Shown here one piece after another: positions 42,505-53,654 of a DNA stretch of 64,000 nt. The first letter of the stretch is position 1. The number at the start of each line of letters is the position of its first letter. The translations under genes were made by a program, and so were the position numbers. Below the pieces are notes generated by a model, which saw nothing but the letters and a program-made list of their open reading frames with translations, did no database searches and was not told where the DNA came from. The DNA comes from Saccharolobus islandicus REY15A (GTDB lineage Archaea; Thermoproteota; Thermoprotei_A; Sulfolobales; Sulfolobaceae): the NCBI RefSeq assembly GCF_000189555.1, contig NC_017276.1, one strand, 5' to 3'.

Positions 42505-43689
42505 ATGGAATGGAAGATAAGGATTAAGGAGGTAATCGAAAAGATCGCTACGGTAAAGAAGAGGATGCCAGAGGTTAGGGTAGATAACGATGGAAACCCA
42601 GAACATGAAATTGAGGAGAGAATAATGACGATAGAGCTACTTAGTGAAAAGGTAAAGCCAGAAGTCTACCCCTTGGACTACTTTAAGTACGATAGTAATA
42701 AGAGAATTGCCTCCTTAGATTCCTCCTCTAGGTATTTAAGGGACCACTCCGTCAACACTTGTCTTGTAGGATTGTCAATTTACAGTAATAAAAAGGGGTT
42801 CATGGACGGTCCATATACAATAAATACTCCCTACATGGGGATAAGTAGCTATGAGGACATCTTAAAGGCAATTAACATCAATGACAATTACATCAGGACT
42901 AAGAACGTCATAGGCTACTATTACGTGAATGAACCCAGAAACGAGTACAAAATAGACGACATAGCTGATGAGATCAGAACTGAGGCAGAAAATATAGGTT
43001 TGAAAGAGGTAATTGACGATCATGATATAGTAATAGTTGACGGCCCCATTTATCCAACACCGCTAGAGTTAACTGAGGAATTGGAAGTCATAACTGAGGC
43101 TAGAAGGAAGCACAAAATCGCGTATGCGAAGCTTGTGAACGATAGGATAAAAGCTCTAAACGACAAAGTCATTGGAGTAGTTAAGAGGTTGGAGAACTCC
43201 AAGAAGCTCGTAAATGAGAAGAAGATCACCGAATTGTTGGGAATAGAGAACAGAAACATTAAGGATAATACTGTATTGGAATTAATAGATGAAAAAGTGT
43301 GTAGAAAGAGTAATTACCCATATATTTGCATTATAGGCCCCTTCAAGATAGAATACGCAATACAAGTTGAGGAGGAGAACGGAAGTAAGGTTATTGAAAA
43401 GGTTCCACCTAAATACGCCTATTACGTTATAATGAGAAGACCCTATTTTCCTCCTAGCTTTTTGAGGATAGAAAGTATAAGTGATAAAATGGACTTATCC
43501 CCAGTTCTCTCAAGAATAACTGAGAACAACCTATTACCAACTTACATTGAGATCGTGGATAAAAGGAGTAAGAGGATATCAGCTTCCCTCTTCACTTACG
43601 CTTATGAAATCGCGTCAAATAACTTGAATATAATTCACGACGATAAGATGACCTACGCTAACGTTTTCCAGCAATTCCTAACTAGTTAA
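42505..43689 (+). CDS. NurA-domain nuclease (accessory paralog 1)
   Basis: IASLDSSS and IVIVDGPIYP acidic motifs, IGVVKRL. Confidence 0.8.
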   Translation: MEWKIRIKEVIEKIATVKKRMPEVRVDNDGNPEHEIEERIMTIELLSEKVKPEVYPLDYFKYDSNKRIASLDSSSRYLRDHSVNTCLVGLSIYSNKKGFMDGPYTINTPYMGISSYEDILKAININDNYIRTKNVIGYYYVNEPRNEYKIDDIADEIRTEAENIGLKEVIDDHDIVIVDGPIYPTPLELTEELEVITEARRKHKIAYAKLVNDRIKALNDKVIGVVKRLENSKKLVNEKKITELLGIENRNIKDNTVLELIDEKVCRKSNYPYICIIGPFKIEYAIQVEEENGSKVIEKVPPKYAYYVIMRRPYFPPSFLRIESISDKMDLSPVLSRITENNLLPTYIEIVDKRSKRISASLFTYAYEIASNNLNIIHDDKMTYANVFQQFLTS

Positions 43690-43731
43690 AAGTTGCAGTA
43701 AGAGTTTTAGCTTTCACCTTCTATACAACCC

Positions 43732-45537
43732 TTAACTAGTCAAAATGGTCTTTATCGGTATTTCGCTGAAGTTAATTGAATACACAATACCTAACCCTGG
43801 AATTGCGTGTTTTAGGAAATCCTCGTACTCCTCTAATCCTATTCTCCTCAACACGTGACTTTCATTCCTCATCACCACTTTAGTATTGGCTAACTGTAAA
43901 ACTAGTGGATTCAGATCCTCTGGAACGTGGGTAGCTAACACAACACCCATATTCCTTACTCTACCTAACCTCATTACCTTATTTATCAACCCCTCAACTA
44001 TATCCTTTGACACGTTCTCAGAGTCAGTCTGCGGAAAATACTCGTGAGCTTCATCCATAATTATTAACGATAGTTTAGTGTCTTGCTTTTTCTTATACAG
44101 TTCATCTTTCCAAGCGAAGAAGTCTTCCAATACCTTATAAGCAATAGTTGCGACGGCCTCGATTGAAGCTGATCTCTCCATAACCCAGCTCAAGTCCACA
44201 ACCACGTCGTCATTTGGTATCTTATCAAGTCTGAAATCAACTGTCCCTGGGACTGTGAATATCCCATAACTATCGTATGCCTTCAATGTCCTAACTATAA
44301 CGTCTTGCGTTGAATAGGCCAACTCAAGTTCCTTCATTACACTACGTAACATCTTACCCATGTGGAAAGTTAACGTCCTAGTCTTGGGATCATAGGCAAC
44401 TTCATCCTTGCTAAAATTTGAACTAATGCTAATGCCACTTAAAGTAACGCTTATATTACCTATAAGTTTCCCCGGAGTTAGATTATCCCTTAATATGGAT
44501 GCGATCTCGTAATCTGTCAATCCCCTATTGATCTTATCCTTTAATGAGTACCTAATCTTATCTAGCAATTCGTCAATAATGGCCTCCCAGTACATGGAAG
44601 CTCTAGCAGTAAAGTAAGGGGTTATCTTATTGAAGTTCCTTAGATTATCGTAAAAGTTTATGGAATAGGGAACTACGAAAACGTCGTGATTGTTACACCT
44701 AACAAATGCCCCGTAACCGTTTACTACGTTAATGGTGTTAGGGTCGCATCCATACCAGTTGGCGAAATCCTCAACGTGGTCTTGAATTGAAACCTTACTA
44801 TTGGGTTCTTCAACGACTGGCATTAAAACGGAGAAGTCTTTCCTATCCTTTAAGAAATTAACGAAGTCCCCTTGCCTATCGAATATCAAAGTACTCTTTT
44901 CAATGTCTTGGCTGGAAATTATCGTCTTAAGTAAAGTGGTCTTACCGGATCCAGTTGTGCCTAAAATTAAGGTGTGATGCCTTAAGGCGTATTGGTCAAG
45001 TTTAACCTCAGCCTCAATCTCCTCTCCCCCAGAAAATATTTTCCCAATCACGATACCCTTTTCTGGAATCCTCAAAATTCTCTTGATTAAATTAGGGTTT
45101 GGGATGAACACTGGACTTTGAGGGTCGATGGGTGAAACAGCTGGCCTAATCTTATCTCCTTCCATTTCCGCAATTGGTCTCAAGGCTATGTAAGTGGTTG
45201 TAATAATGGTAGAGGGATCCCTAGGGTAAGTTAATTCTCTTATTCCCAGTCTAGATAAGGCGTCAGCTCTACTAATGGAGTAAACTTGCCCAAGCATTAT
45301 GATTGGTTTTATGATACTCCTTATAGCTAGGTATTGACCCCTCTTTATATCGCTGTTCTGATAATTATCGAAAAGTACGTCAACTCCTACTAACTCGTTC
45401 TCGTTAACGGTAACTGTCTCATACCTAGTCACCCTTCCGATTATTGTTCCGTATTTACTTGCCTCATTCTCGGCATCATCGAGCTTTTTCCTTAGTTCAT
45501 CAATAACGTTTTCTAAATTCCTTTCCTCTGATGACAT
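43732..45537 (-). CDS. HerA/FtsK-like ATPase (accessory paralog 1)
   Basis: N-terminal barrel, [38 protein letters not shown]. Confidence 0.85.
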   Translation of the reverse strand: MSSEERNLENVIDELRKKLDDAENEASKYGTIIGRVTRYETVTVNENELVGVDVLFDNYQNSDIKRGQYLAIRSIIKPIIMLGQVYSISRADALSRLGIRELTYPRDPSTIITTTYIALRPIAEMEGDKIRPAVSPIDPQSPVFIPNPNLIKRILRIPEKGIVIGKIFSGGEEIEAEVKLDQYALRHHTLILGTTGSGKTTLLKTIISSQDIEKSTLIFDRQGDFVNFLKDRKDFSVLMPVVEEPNSKVSIQDHVEDFANWYGCDPNTINVVNGYGAFVRCNNHDVFVVPYSINFYDNLRNFNKITPYFTARASMYWEAIIDELLDKIRYSLKDKINRGLTDYEIASILRDNLTPGKLIGNISVTLSGISISSNFSKDEVAYDPKTRTLTFHMGKMLRSVMKELELAYSTQDVIVRTLKAYDSYGIFTVPGTVDFRLDKIPNDDVVVDLSWVMERSASIEAVATIAYKVLEDFFAWKDELYKKKQDTKLSLIIMDEAHEYFPQTDSENVSKDIVEGLINKVMRLGRVRNMGVVLATHVPEDLNPLVLQLANTKVVMRNESHVLRRIGLEEYEDFLKHAIPGLGIVYSINFSEIPIKTILTS

Positions 45538-45771
45538 AAATATAAGGTTGAAAAATAGAAATTAAAATTTTACTCGAGTTGAAAACGCTTTACCTTCTCG
45601 TCGCTGGTGTATCAAAGTAGGAACCATACCTTACTAGAAGGTATTTGAAAATCTCATAATAGTCCTTTCTAATCCAATACCTAAAGAAGTTCATAACGTT
45701 ATCCTCAATCTCAACTTCAACGTTATTCCTCAAAACGTAAATGTCAAAAATTGATAGGCTAACACTTTTAA

Positions 45772-46092
45772 CTTAATTAGGGGTTAAGGGGGCGAAAGTC
45801 CCCTTCCGTAAGGTAGGGGATGAATAGCCCCCTTATAGAAACCTTTTTATTGCAAAAAATAGATAATTCTTAGGCCTCGGCTGTAAGAGCTGGGCCGTAC
45901 CCTTGGGACTGGGGGAACTTACGCCTGTGGAGAGCAACCCTCCGTAACCCCTCTTCCACACGGGGCATTACAGAACGGTTCCGTTCGATGGAACCTCCGC
46001 TGTGGGTGAAGGGGGATCGAGGTTGCTCTGAGAAGCAGGAAATCCCCATCGTGAGGTGGAGATGCCCTGTCCGTAAGGGCAGGGTAGTTCAC
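45772..46092 (+). mobile_element. SMN1-type MITE, copy 2, 321 bp
   Basis: Appears identical to copy 1; preceded by TTTAA (45767-45771). Confidence 0.9.
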
Positions 46093-46380
46093 TAATACAC
46101 AGTTTAGTGATAGTGACTAAAAATAAAAGGTTAAAGTGTATTTTAGAAATAAAATGGATTTTCTTTAGAACTATAAGATCTTTACAGAATGATATAATAT
46201 TGGGGTTATTATACACTATAGTCCTACAACTTAAAGCCTCGCACTTTACGGAGTTGAGGTTCCAATTCCCGTAATATGAGCAATGTGGAGCCTAGTTTTG
46301 CTGATAATAGCATATAAGGCGGGATACAACGTTCTTGAAGTATTAAAAAGGATACCTGCGCCACCACCAATACCTCCTCC

Positions 46381-47592
46381 CTAACTTCCTTTAGCCACCT
46401 CCAATAGTACTCTTCCCAACGCTTTTATTGAATCCAATAAATCTTTAACGTAAACGAACTCATCTGTAGAATGTGCTAACTCAATCCTACCCGGACCGTA
46501 ATTAATACTCTTTATCCCCTCACTTACGGTAAACCTAATATCGAAAGTCCCTGCAGATAAAACAACATTGGGATCAACTCCCCTAACCTCCCTTATAGCC
46601 TTTCTCAGAGCATCTATTAGTCTCCCATCCTCACTTACTACAGTATCGACAGCGTAAAACTCATCGTAATCAAACTTAACGCCAGTCTCACTACTCACAT
46701 CCCTTAACAACCGTAAAATGCTCTCCCTAACCTCATCAATCCTCTCCTCTGGGATTAATCTCCTAACTATACTGAACTCACAGTAGTCTGCTACAGTGTT
46801 AACCCACGTACCACACTTAACAGTACCAACTAATATTGACGGTTTCTTACCAGCCTCTGGTACAATGTTGTACTTTGAGGTAATGTTGGATAAAGACGAG
46901 TAAAGTCTTTCAATCATAATCGCTACAGCCTTAACTGCGTCAATTCCTAATTGAGGAAAACCTCCATGACTTTTCTTCCCATATATTTTAACCACAGCCC
47001 AGATTGCACCCCTATGACCATTGCAAATGTTATCTGGTCCAGTAGGTTCTGTGAATATTACGTAATCGGCGTTCTTCTTGTAAATTTCCCTTAAACAATA
47101 AGTACCAGCATTTTTATTGCCTACAGTCTCCTCATCTGGGACAATGGTCTGGATGATTTTCACGTTAGAGGGGAGTAGTTTAGCTCTCTTCAACATTTCA
47201 ACAGCGTAAATTTGTGCAACTATTCCAGACTTCATGTCAGAAGCTCCTCTTCCGTAAACCTTGCCATCTTTTTCAATCCCCTCATAAGGGTTAATACTCC
47301 ATCCCTCACCGGCGGGAACAACATCGTAATGTCCATTAAACGCAATCCTTACGTTGCCATTACCCAAATAACCTACTAGATTTGGTCTATTGCCATTTCC
47401 GAACCTGACAAACTCTTTATTACCCTCAATAATTTCCGTTTTATACCCAAACTCTTCTAATTTATCCCTCAACACGCTAATTATCTTATCGTAATTTAAG
47501 CCGGGAGGATTCTCAGTTGGGATCCTTATTAACTGCTTTAAGAACTCCACAATTTCATCCTTAGAGGCTTCAACGATCTCATCTAATATCAT
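46381..47592 (-). CDS. M20-family metallopeptidase/amidohydrolase (ArgE/DapE-like)
   Basis: FNGHYDVVP, GRGASDMK, DEET, NYGPG...AH. Confidence 0.9.
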   Translation of the reverse strand: MILDEIVEASKDEIVEFLKQLIRIPTENPPGLNYDKIISVLRDKLEEFGYKTEIIEGNKEFVRFGNGNRPNLVGYLGNGNVRIAFNGHYDVVPAGEGWSINPYEGIEKDGKVYGRGASDMKSGIVAQIYAVEMLKRAKLLPSNVKIIQTIVPDEETVGNKNAGTYCLREIYKKNADYVIFTEPTGPDNICNGHRGAIWAVVKIYGKKSHGGFPQLGIDAVKAVAIMIERLYSSLSNITSKYNIVPEAGKKPSILVGTVKCGTWVNTVADYCEFSIVRRLIPEERIDEVRESILRLLRDVSSETGVKFDYDEFYAVDTVVSEDGRLIDALRKAIREVRGVDPNVVLSAGTFDIRFTVSEGIKSINYGPGRIELAHSTDEFVYVKDLLDSIKALGRVLLEVAKGS

Positions 47593-47779
47593 ATGTTTAT
47601 ATAAAAGGCAAGGATGTATTTAAACTATGTTAAGTGCTTTCTCCTATTCACTTCGCAGTGTACGAGATGAGGGATAAAATAGAGATATTCCTTCATAAGT
47701 TATAGAAAGTGTTTCCTTCTGGATATAGGAAATTCGACTACCCTATAAGTTAAATATAAGTTAAGCAATAAAATTATTA

Positions 47780-49072
47780 ATGGTTTATGGCTTAAATAAA
47801 CAACAATGGTTGGCAATATTCTCTACTTGGCTAGGATGGTTAATGGACGGATACACTAGTATAGCCTACGCATTAGTTGGAGTTATAATATCAAAAATAT
47901 TTTTCCCCTCCTCAATTGGAATTTTAGGTCTCATAGCTACTTTTGGAGGATTCGCAGTTGGTGCATTAGCAAGGCCAATAGGATCTCTAGTGTTTGGAAA
48001 CTATATAGGGGATAAGATGGGTAGAAGAAATATGCTAGTTATAACTATCTTAGGATTTTCGTTGTTGGCTTCTTCAAAATCGCTCTTACCGTCATATGAG
48101 GCTGTAGGTATTTTAGCGCCGATACTCCTATACGTCATATTATTTGCAGAGGGAATGTTTGCCGGGGCCGAATATGGAGGTGGAACAACACTGGCTCTAG
48201 AGTCTGTTCCAGCAGAGAGGAGAGCATTCATAGGCTCATTTGTGCAAAGTGGTTTCGGAACGGGATATTTCATCATCTCTCTAGTTTATTCTTTGTTATA
48301 TAGCATTTATGGGAGTAGCGGTTTCCAGCAAATAGGTTGGAGAGTACTCTTTGCTACTTGTATAATTCCAGGGTTAATAACATTAATTATTAGGAGGATA
48401 ACTGACGAAAGTCCAATATTTAAGGAAATGGAAAGTAAAAGAGAAGTAGTAAAAATACCGATTAAGAACCTCTTTGCGTCATCCTACTCATCAGTGCTAA
48501 TCGGACTAATGATAACCAGCGGGTTATTGTACATTAATACTGCTACATTCTCTTTCTATCCCTCAGTTCTAACACTCGAAAATATCCCAGGATCGTTAGT
48601 GGGTATAAGCGTTGCTATAATCAACCTAATATCGTTATTTGGAGTGTGGATAGGTGGGTTTATAGCGGATAAGATTAAGAGGGGAAGAAAGTTCCCAATG
48701 CTATTGTATTCAATAATCTTCGTAGCCCTAATATATCCAATACTTTATCTAGGACTCTCAAAAAGCTTCTCTTTGGCAACATCAGTGTTCAGTATACAAG
48801 CCTTCTTGGAAGCGATGATATTCTCAACACTACCAGCGTTTCTTGCAGAACAATTCAGTAAAAAGTACAGGACTACTGGAGTGGGTTTTACGTATAATGG
48901 AGGAGCCATAGCCGGGGGATTTGCAATTTCAGCAATATTTGCTTTATCAACATCCCTAGGATTACTTTACGCTTGGTTCCTTAACATGATCATAGCAGGG
49001 ATAATAATGATAATTGGCATAGTCCTTGCGAAAGAGACTTATAGTGGAAAACAAGACCCTATAATTGAGTGA
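47780..49072 (+). CDS. MFS transporter (metabolite:H+ symporter type)
   Basis: ARPIGSLVFGNYIGDKMGRR, GAEYGGG. Confidence 0.9.
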   Translation: MVYGLNKQQWLAIFSTWLGWLMDGYTSIAYALVGVIISKIFFPSSIGILGLIATFGGFAVGALARPIGSLVFGNYIGDKMGRRNMLVITILGFSLLASSKSLLPSYEAVGILAPILLYVILFAEGMFAGAEYGGGTTLALESVPAERRAFIGSFVQSGFGTGYFIISLVYSLLYSIYGSSGFQQIGWRVLFATCIIPGLITLIIRRITDESPIFKEMESKREVVKIPIKNLFASSYSSVLIGLMITSGLLYINTATFSFYPSVLTLENIPGSLVGISVAIINLISLFGVWIGGFIADKIKRGRKFPMLLYSIIFVALIYPILYLGLSKSFSLATSVFSIQAFLEAMIFSTLPAFLAEQFSKKYRTTGVGFTYNGGAIAGGFAISAIFALSTSLGLLYAWFLNMIIAGIIMIIGIVLAKETYSGKQDPIIE

Positions 49073-49938
49073 GGTGTTTTATTGAAATGAGAATAGGAAT
49101 AGAGGGAATTAAGGTTGGAGGGTACACAGACGAAAAGGCAAAATCTGGAGCGACGGTAATATTAGTTGAAGAACAAAACAATACTGTAGGGATTTCACAG
49201 AGGGGAGGATCACCAGCAACAATAGGGACCGACTTGTTAAGGCCTAGACATAGGGGAAATCAAACAGTTAACGCCATAGTATTAACCGGAAGGAGTGTCT
49301 TTGGACTTAGAGTAGTAGATGCGGTAATTACTAAGTTATTTGAATTGAAAATAGGATATAAAATAGGAGAGGATCTGAGAATACCAATCGTTGCCTCGGC
49401 TTCAATATTCGACTTTTACGACAACACAATATTACCAACATCAGAATGGGGATATAGGGCTATGGAAAACCTCTCAAAGGAGATACCAATAGGGAAGTAT
49501 TGGGCAGGGAGGGGTGCAACGGTAGGGAAATTGAAAGGGATTAAGTACGCTAAACCATCTGGTCAAGGCTATTACGAAATAGAAAATGATAATCTGAGCG
49601 TGGGAGTAATTTCAGTAGTAAATAGTATAGGCAATATATACGACGAAAGTGGAAGACTAGTAGCGGGAGAGGAAAGTGAGGAGTTTATCGTAAACAATGT
49701 ATTGGGAACTACATTGGGAGTTGTAATAACTAACGCTAAGTTAACAAATTCAGACGCTTGCAGGGTTGCTAGTAGTGCAGAAAACGGTTTTGCCTCTGTA
49801 ATTAGGCCTTATAATTTATCCTTAGATGGGGATACTGTATTCACTATTTCCACTAACCAAATTGAAACGTCAGTAGATAAAGTAATCTTTTTAGCCTACG
49901 AAGCTTCTAGAAAATCTGTGCTTTCAATATTTAGGTGA
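49069..49938 (+). CDS. P1/DmpA-like (S58) aminopeptidase
   Basis: RGGSPAT, AIVLTGRSVFGL, GRGATV, TTLGVVITNA, DGDTVF. Confidence 0.8.
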   Translation: MRCFIEMRIGIEGIKVGGYTDEKAKSGATVILVEEQNNTVGISQRGGSPATIGTDLLRPRHRGNQTVNAIVLTGRSVFGLRVVDAVITKLFELKIGYKIGEDLRIPIVASASIFDFYDNTILPTSEWGYRAMENLSKEIPIGKYWAGRGATVGKLKGIKYAKPSGQGYYEIENDNLSVGVISVVNSIGNIYDESGRLVAGEESEEFIVNNVLGTTLGVVITNAKLTNSDACRVASSAENGFASVIRPYNLSLDGDTVFTISTNQIETSVDKVIFLAYEASRKSVLSIFR

Positions 49939-49944
49939 GGAAAA

Positions 49945-50703
49945 ATGAGCTCAGAACTCTTTTCAGTAAAAGGAAAAGGTGCAGTTGTAATAGGAGCTGG
50001 GAGTGGAATAGGAAAGGCAATAGCGGAACTATTCAACAACTTAGGAGGAAAGGTTATGGCAAGTGATATGAAAGGATTAGAGGAATTAAGTAAGATAGTG
50101 AATACGTTTAGGGCGGATATAACTAACGTTAATGAGGTAAGAGATCTTGTTAAGTTTAGCCTGGAAAAATTAGGTGAAATAAACGCTCTATACGTAACTC
50201 CATCAATTAACGTTAGGAAAAGGATAGAGAATTACACCTATGAGGAATTCGATAAGGTTGTAAACTTGAACCTTAAGGGCACATTCATAGTGTTAAAGGA
50301 ATTCCTTCCGGTAATGAAGAAGATTGGAGGTAGCGTTGTCTTATTCTCGTCAATAAGAGGTAAAGTTACAGAGCCCGGCCAATCTGCATATGCCGCAACT
50401 AAGGCTGCTATAGAACAGTTAGCTAAAACTGCAGCTGCTGAGTATGGAAAATACGGTATAAGGGTTAATGTAATTGCTCCGGGTATTGTTGATACTCCAT
50501 TTACTCAACAAATAAAGAACGATCCAGAATGGTATAGGGCTTACACGGAAAAGACGATATTAAAGAGATGGGCCACGCCAATGGAGATTGCCAGTGTCGC
50601 AGTATTTTTAGCTATGCCCGCTTCATCTTACATCACTGGTACGGTAATCTACGTAGATGGGGGATGGACTGCAATAGATGGGAGATATGAACCAAATGTC
50701 TGA
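49945..50703 (+). CDS. Short-chain dehydrogenase/reductase
   Basis: GAGSGIG, YAATK, IRVNVIAPG. Confidence 0.9.
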   Translation: MSSELFSVKGKGAVVIGAGSGIGKAIAELFNNLGGKVMASDMKGLEELSKIVNTFRADITNVNEVRDLVKFSLEKLGEINALYVTPSINVRKRIENYTYEEFDKVVNLNLKGTFIVLKEFLPVMKKIGGSVVLFSSIRGKVTEPGQSAYAATKAAIEQLAKTAAAEYGKYGIRVNVIAPGIVDTPFTQQIKNDPEWYRAYTEKTILKRWATPMEIASVAVFLAMPASSYITGTVIYVDGGWTAIDGRYEPNV

Positions 50704-50812
50704 ACTTTATGCATGCTTTCCTTCTCTCCCATTTATTTTAGAGCATATAGTAATTATATAGAAATAAAGGATAAAAGGGAAATGATATAATAGTAACTAA
50801 AGGAGATTTTAA

Positions 50813-50853
50813 CTTTACGGGGGTTAAGGGGGCGAAAGACCCCTTCCGTGAGC
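50813..50853 (+). mobile_element. Isolated left end of an IS200/IS605-family element
   Basis: TTTAA followed by CTTTACGGGGGTTAAGGGGGCGAAAGACCCCTTCCGTGAG, then cut by the next IS. Confidence 0.75.
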
Positions 50854-52029
50854 GGTAGACCCAAAATCACCTCCTCAAAAATAAATCTATAGTGTAAATA
50901 AGCGTTTCAATTACATTAAATGTAAAATTCTCTGGATTGAATAAATCAGGAAATAAAAGAATTAATAATAATCTAAACTCCTCTCTCCCCACCTCCCCCT
51001 TGAATATGGTATATAAGGAGTAGAGTACAAGGGCCAGCACGAAGATCAACGTGCGGAAAACAAACTTAGTAGAACTAGTAAATGGAAGAAAAGCCTTAAT
51101 GTTCCTATAAGAGGTCTCTATGGGACCTCTTACCTTATTGTACAAATCCAACACTTCCCTCTTGGATAGGTCTAGGTTAGTAGCCCTAGCGAAGTAAACA
51201 AGACTCTTCTTCTTTCTCCCCACTTTTTCCTTGCTGTACACGAGAAGCCTGAACTTGACCTGCTCATCCCTCCTATGCCTCTTACTATTAGTTGTGTAAT
51301 CCCCGTCAAACTCCTCGTACACCTTCACGTCCCCAACCGGAACAGCAATTATGTATTTAAACTGTGAAATGAAGTTGAGCACGTCAACAGTATAGAAACC
51401 AGCGTCAAGAGTTATCAACCTTATCTTGAATCCCATTGCCATTACTTGTTCAACAAGAGCCTTCACTATCTCGTCCTTAGTCATACCGTTCACTTGCGGC
51501 AAGTAAAAGCACTTTCCCCTTATACTTGGTTGTTGCAGTTGCGTAGTTCCACGAGTTTCCTTTTTCAGAGCTCCCGAGCCCTTTCACTGGTTTCCCGTAC
51601 CATGTCTTGGTTGTCCAGTCTATTGAGAGATCTATCTCATTCACTCCCTTTAATATCTCCAAGGATATTTTCCTAGCTCTTTCCAATAGCTTTTCAGTCA
51701 CTTCCATCCCTTGTTTCTCTACGTAATTCCTCACGGTCTGTGGGGATACGTCATACGCTCTGGACTTGTTCTCTACTGAATCGTTCCACAAACACGCGGA
51801 GATGAGAGTTTTCGCTACCTCCTCTACCTTTTCCCCTTGGAAGTTCAACATGGAAAGTAATTTATATCCTATTTGTTGAATATTATTTTGGTGAGGGAGA
51901 CCTGGTGTTACCATCTTCCTATGTCACGTGGTAATACGCCATCTCCCTCACCTTAAACCCTTTCTTCAATTGAATTCTTTATACTCTTATAAATTTCTTT
52001 ATCTTTTATAAATTCGATATTATCCTACC
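50854..52029 (-). mobile_element. ISH3-family element (ISC1200/ISC1225 type) with frameshifted transposase
   Basis: ORFs 51477-51914 (IDWTTK) and 50867-51502 (LDAGFY, RGPIETSYR) are two halves of one DDE transposase; short GGTAG inverted termini. Confidence 0.8.
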
Positions 52030-52059
52030 AGAAATATTTTTTCTAATATGATTTTGGGT

Positions 52060-52257
52060 CTACCGTATAAAGGAAGGTTCTACAACAAATTCTCCTTCGA
52101 ACGAAAATAGTAAAAACCTCGTGAATTTTAACTTTACTACGTTATTTTTGATACCTACTACATTAGGTAAGACTGAAATAATATTTGAGGGGTTTTTTGC
52201 CCATGCTATGATTGCATTAGACCTCTTATCTTCAATATCCATAGTTTCAATTTTCAT
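52060..52257 (-). pseudogene. Truncated SRPBCC/CoxG-like gene
   Basis: WAKNPSNIISVLPNVVG resembles the CoxG/START N-terminus; ends next to the IS. Confidence 0.45.
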
Positions 52258-52809
52258 AAAAAACTATATTCTCAATCTCCTATAAAAACTATAATTATAA
52301 AAATCGTGTAGAAGTTCTATTAACAATGTTAATCTTAGTTTTAAAACTCTAGATAGATAATGATGATAGAAAAATCTACATTTAAATATAATTTTTTCAA
52401 TTACTACAGTGCTTTATGGTTTACTTCAAACTTTTATCAAAGCTAATGTTGAAAGCCCACTTTTAATCTAACGCTTAATTTTGAATTTAAGAAAATTTAT
52501 TCAATGAATTTAACATCAATTAAGAAAAATGAAGAGTCTCACAAAGCACAATCATAGAGCTTAAAATAATGTGTAGAGTATAATATGTTTGCCCTCTTAA
52601 ACTTAGCCTAATATACCCTTTAGTTCGTTATAAAAACTGTAATTATAAAGATAATAAGAATTATTTATGAAATTTGAATATAATAATCTATAACTATTTA
52701 ACTATAAAATCAATATTATGAAAAATATTAAGCTAAAATAATTAACGCTTCGCAGATATCAAAGTAAAAAATAATAATTGTTGTAATGAGCAATATAATT
52801 AAATGAAAA

Positions 52810-53619
52810 TTATTTTAACTCCTTGGGAGCTTTAGGATATTTATCCCATAATTTAGGATCGTGAGTTATTATAACGTTAGTTCTCGGTAACTTCATTAGG
52901 GCTTTAAGTAACCTTATTCTAGTATAATATTCTTCCGCGTTTCCTAAAAGCCATCCCTTACTTTCGAAATCCAATTCGTCAGGAAGATGTATGAAGTCTC
53001 CCGTAAATATGTAATTATTATCATTTTGAGTTCTGACCTTTAAGATGATGGATCCAGGGGTATGTCCACCGAACAAGTATAATTCGACTCCCGGTAATAA
53101 CTCTAGATAATCAGTTGACATTGGGACTACATTCATCTCCCTTAATATTTCTAGGTCCTTAAGTAAATATGGGACTGGCTTATTTAACCATACGTTTAAT
53201 AACGAGTATTTCAATTCCTTTTCATGGACTATTACCGCTGGTTTCGCACTTCTGAAAAGGTCTAAATTTCCAGTGTGATCTAAATGTAAATGAGAAAATA
53301 CTATAAAGTGAATATCCTCTGGTTTAAGTCCTATTTGTCTCAACTGGTTTTCCATTCTATTTTCATCAGAAAATTTCGTGACCGGGAAGACACTGAGAGC
53401 TATTTGTGGCCATTTCTCTCTTACCTTCTCTGATATGCCAGTATCAAAAAGTATTATTCCATCTTTATGTTCTATAACAGCACTCATAACGCTGACATCT
53501 GTCCAATTCCTCGGCTTAGGGTTTTTCATTTCCTCTTCAGTCATGGGCGTTGGTAAAAACCACGCTAAATCTGCACTTATTTTACCATGGTCGAGAAGGT
53601 AGATTTTATTTACGCTCAT
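52810..53619 (-). CDS. N-acyl-homoserine-lactonase-family metallo-beta-lactamase
   Basis: ILFDTG, SHLHLDHTG, GGHTPG, TGD, THD; ATG at 53619 (MSVNKIYLLDHG) preferred. Confidence 0.85.
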   Translation of the reverse strand: MSVNKIYLLDHGKISADLAWFLPTPMTEEEMKNPKPRNWTDVSVMSAVIEHKDGIILFDTGISEKVREKWPQIALSVFPVTKFSDENRMENQLRQIGLKPEDIHFIVFSHLHLDHTGNLDLFRSAKPAVIVHEKELKYSLLNVWLNKPVPYLLKDLEILREMNVVPMSTDYLELLPGVELYLFGGHTPGSIILKVRTQNDNNYIFTGDFIHLPDELDFESKGWLLGNAEEYYTRIRLLKALMKLPRTNVIITHDPKLWDKYPKAPKELK

Positions 53620-53654
53620 ATTTCTTTTATTATTTTTGTGGTTTAAATTTGTTT

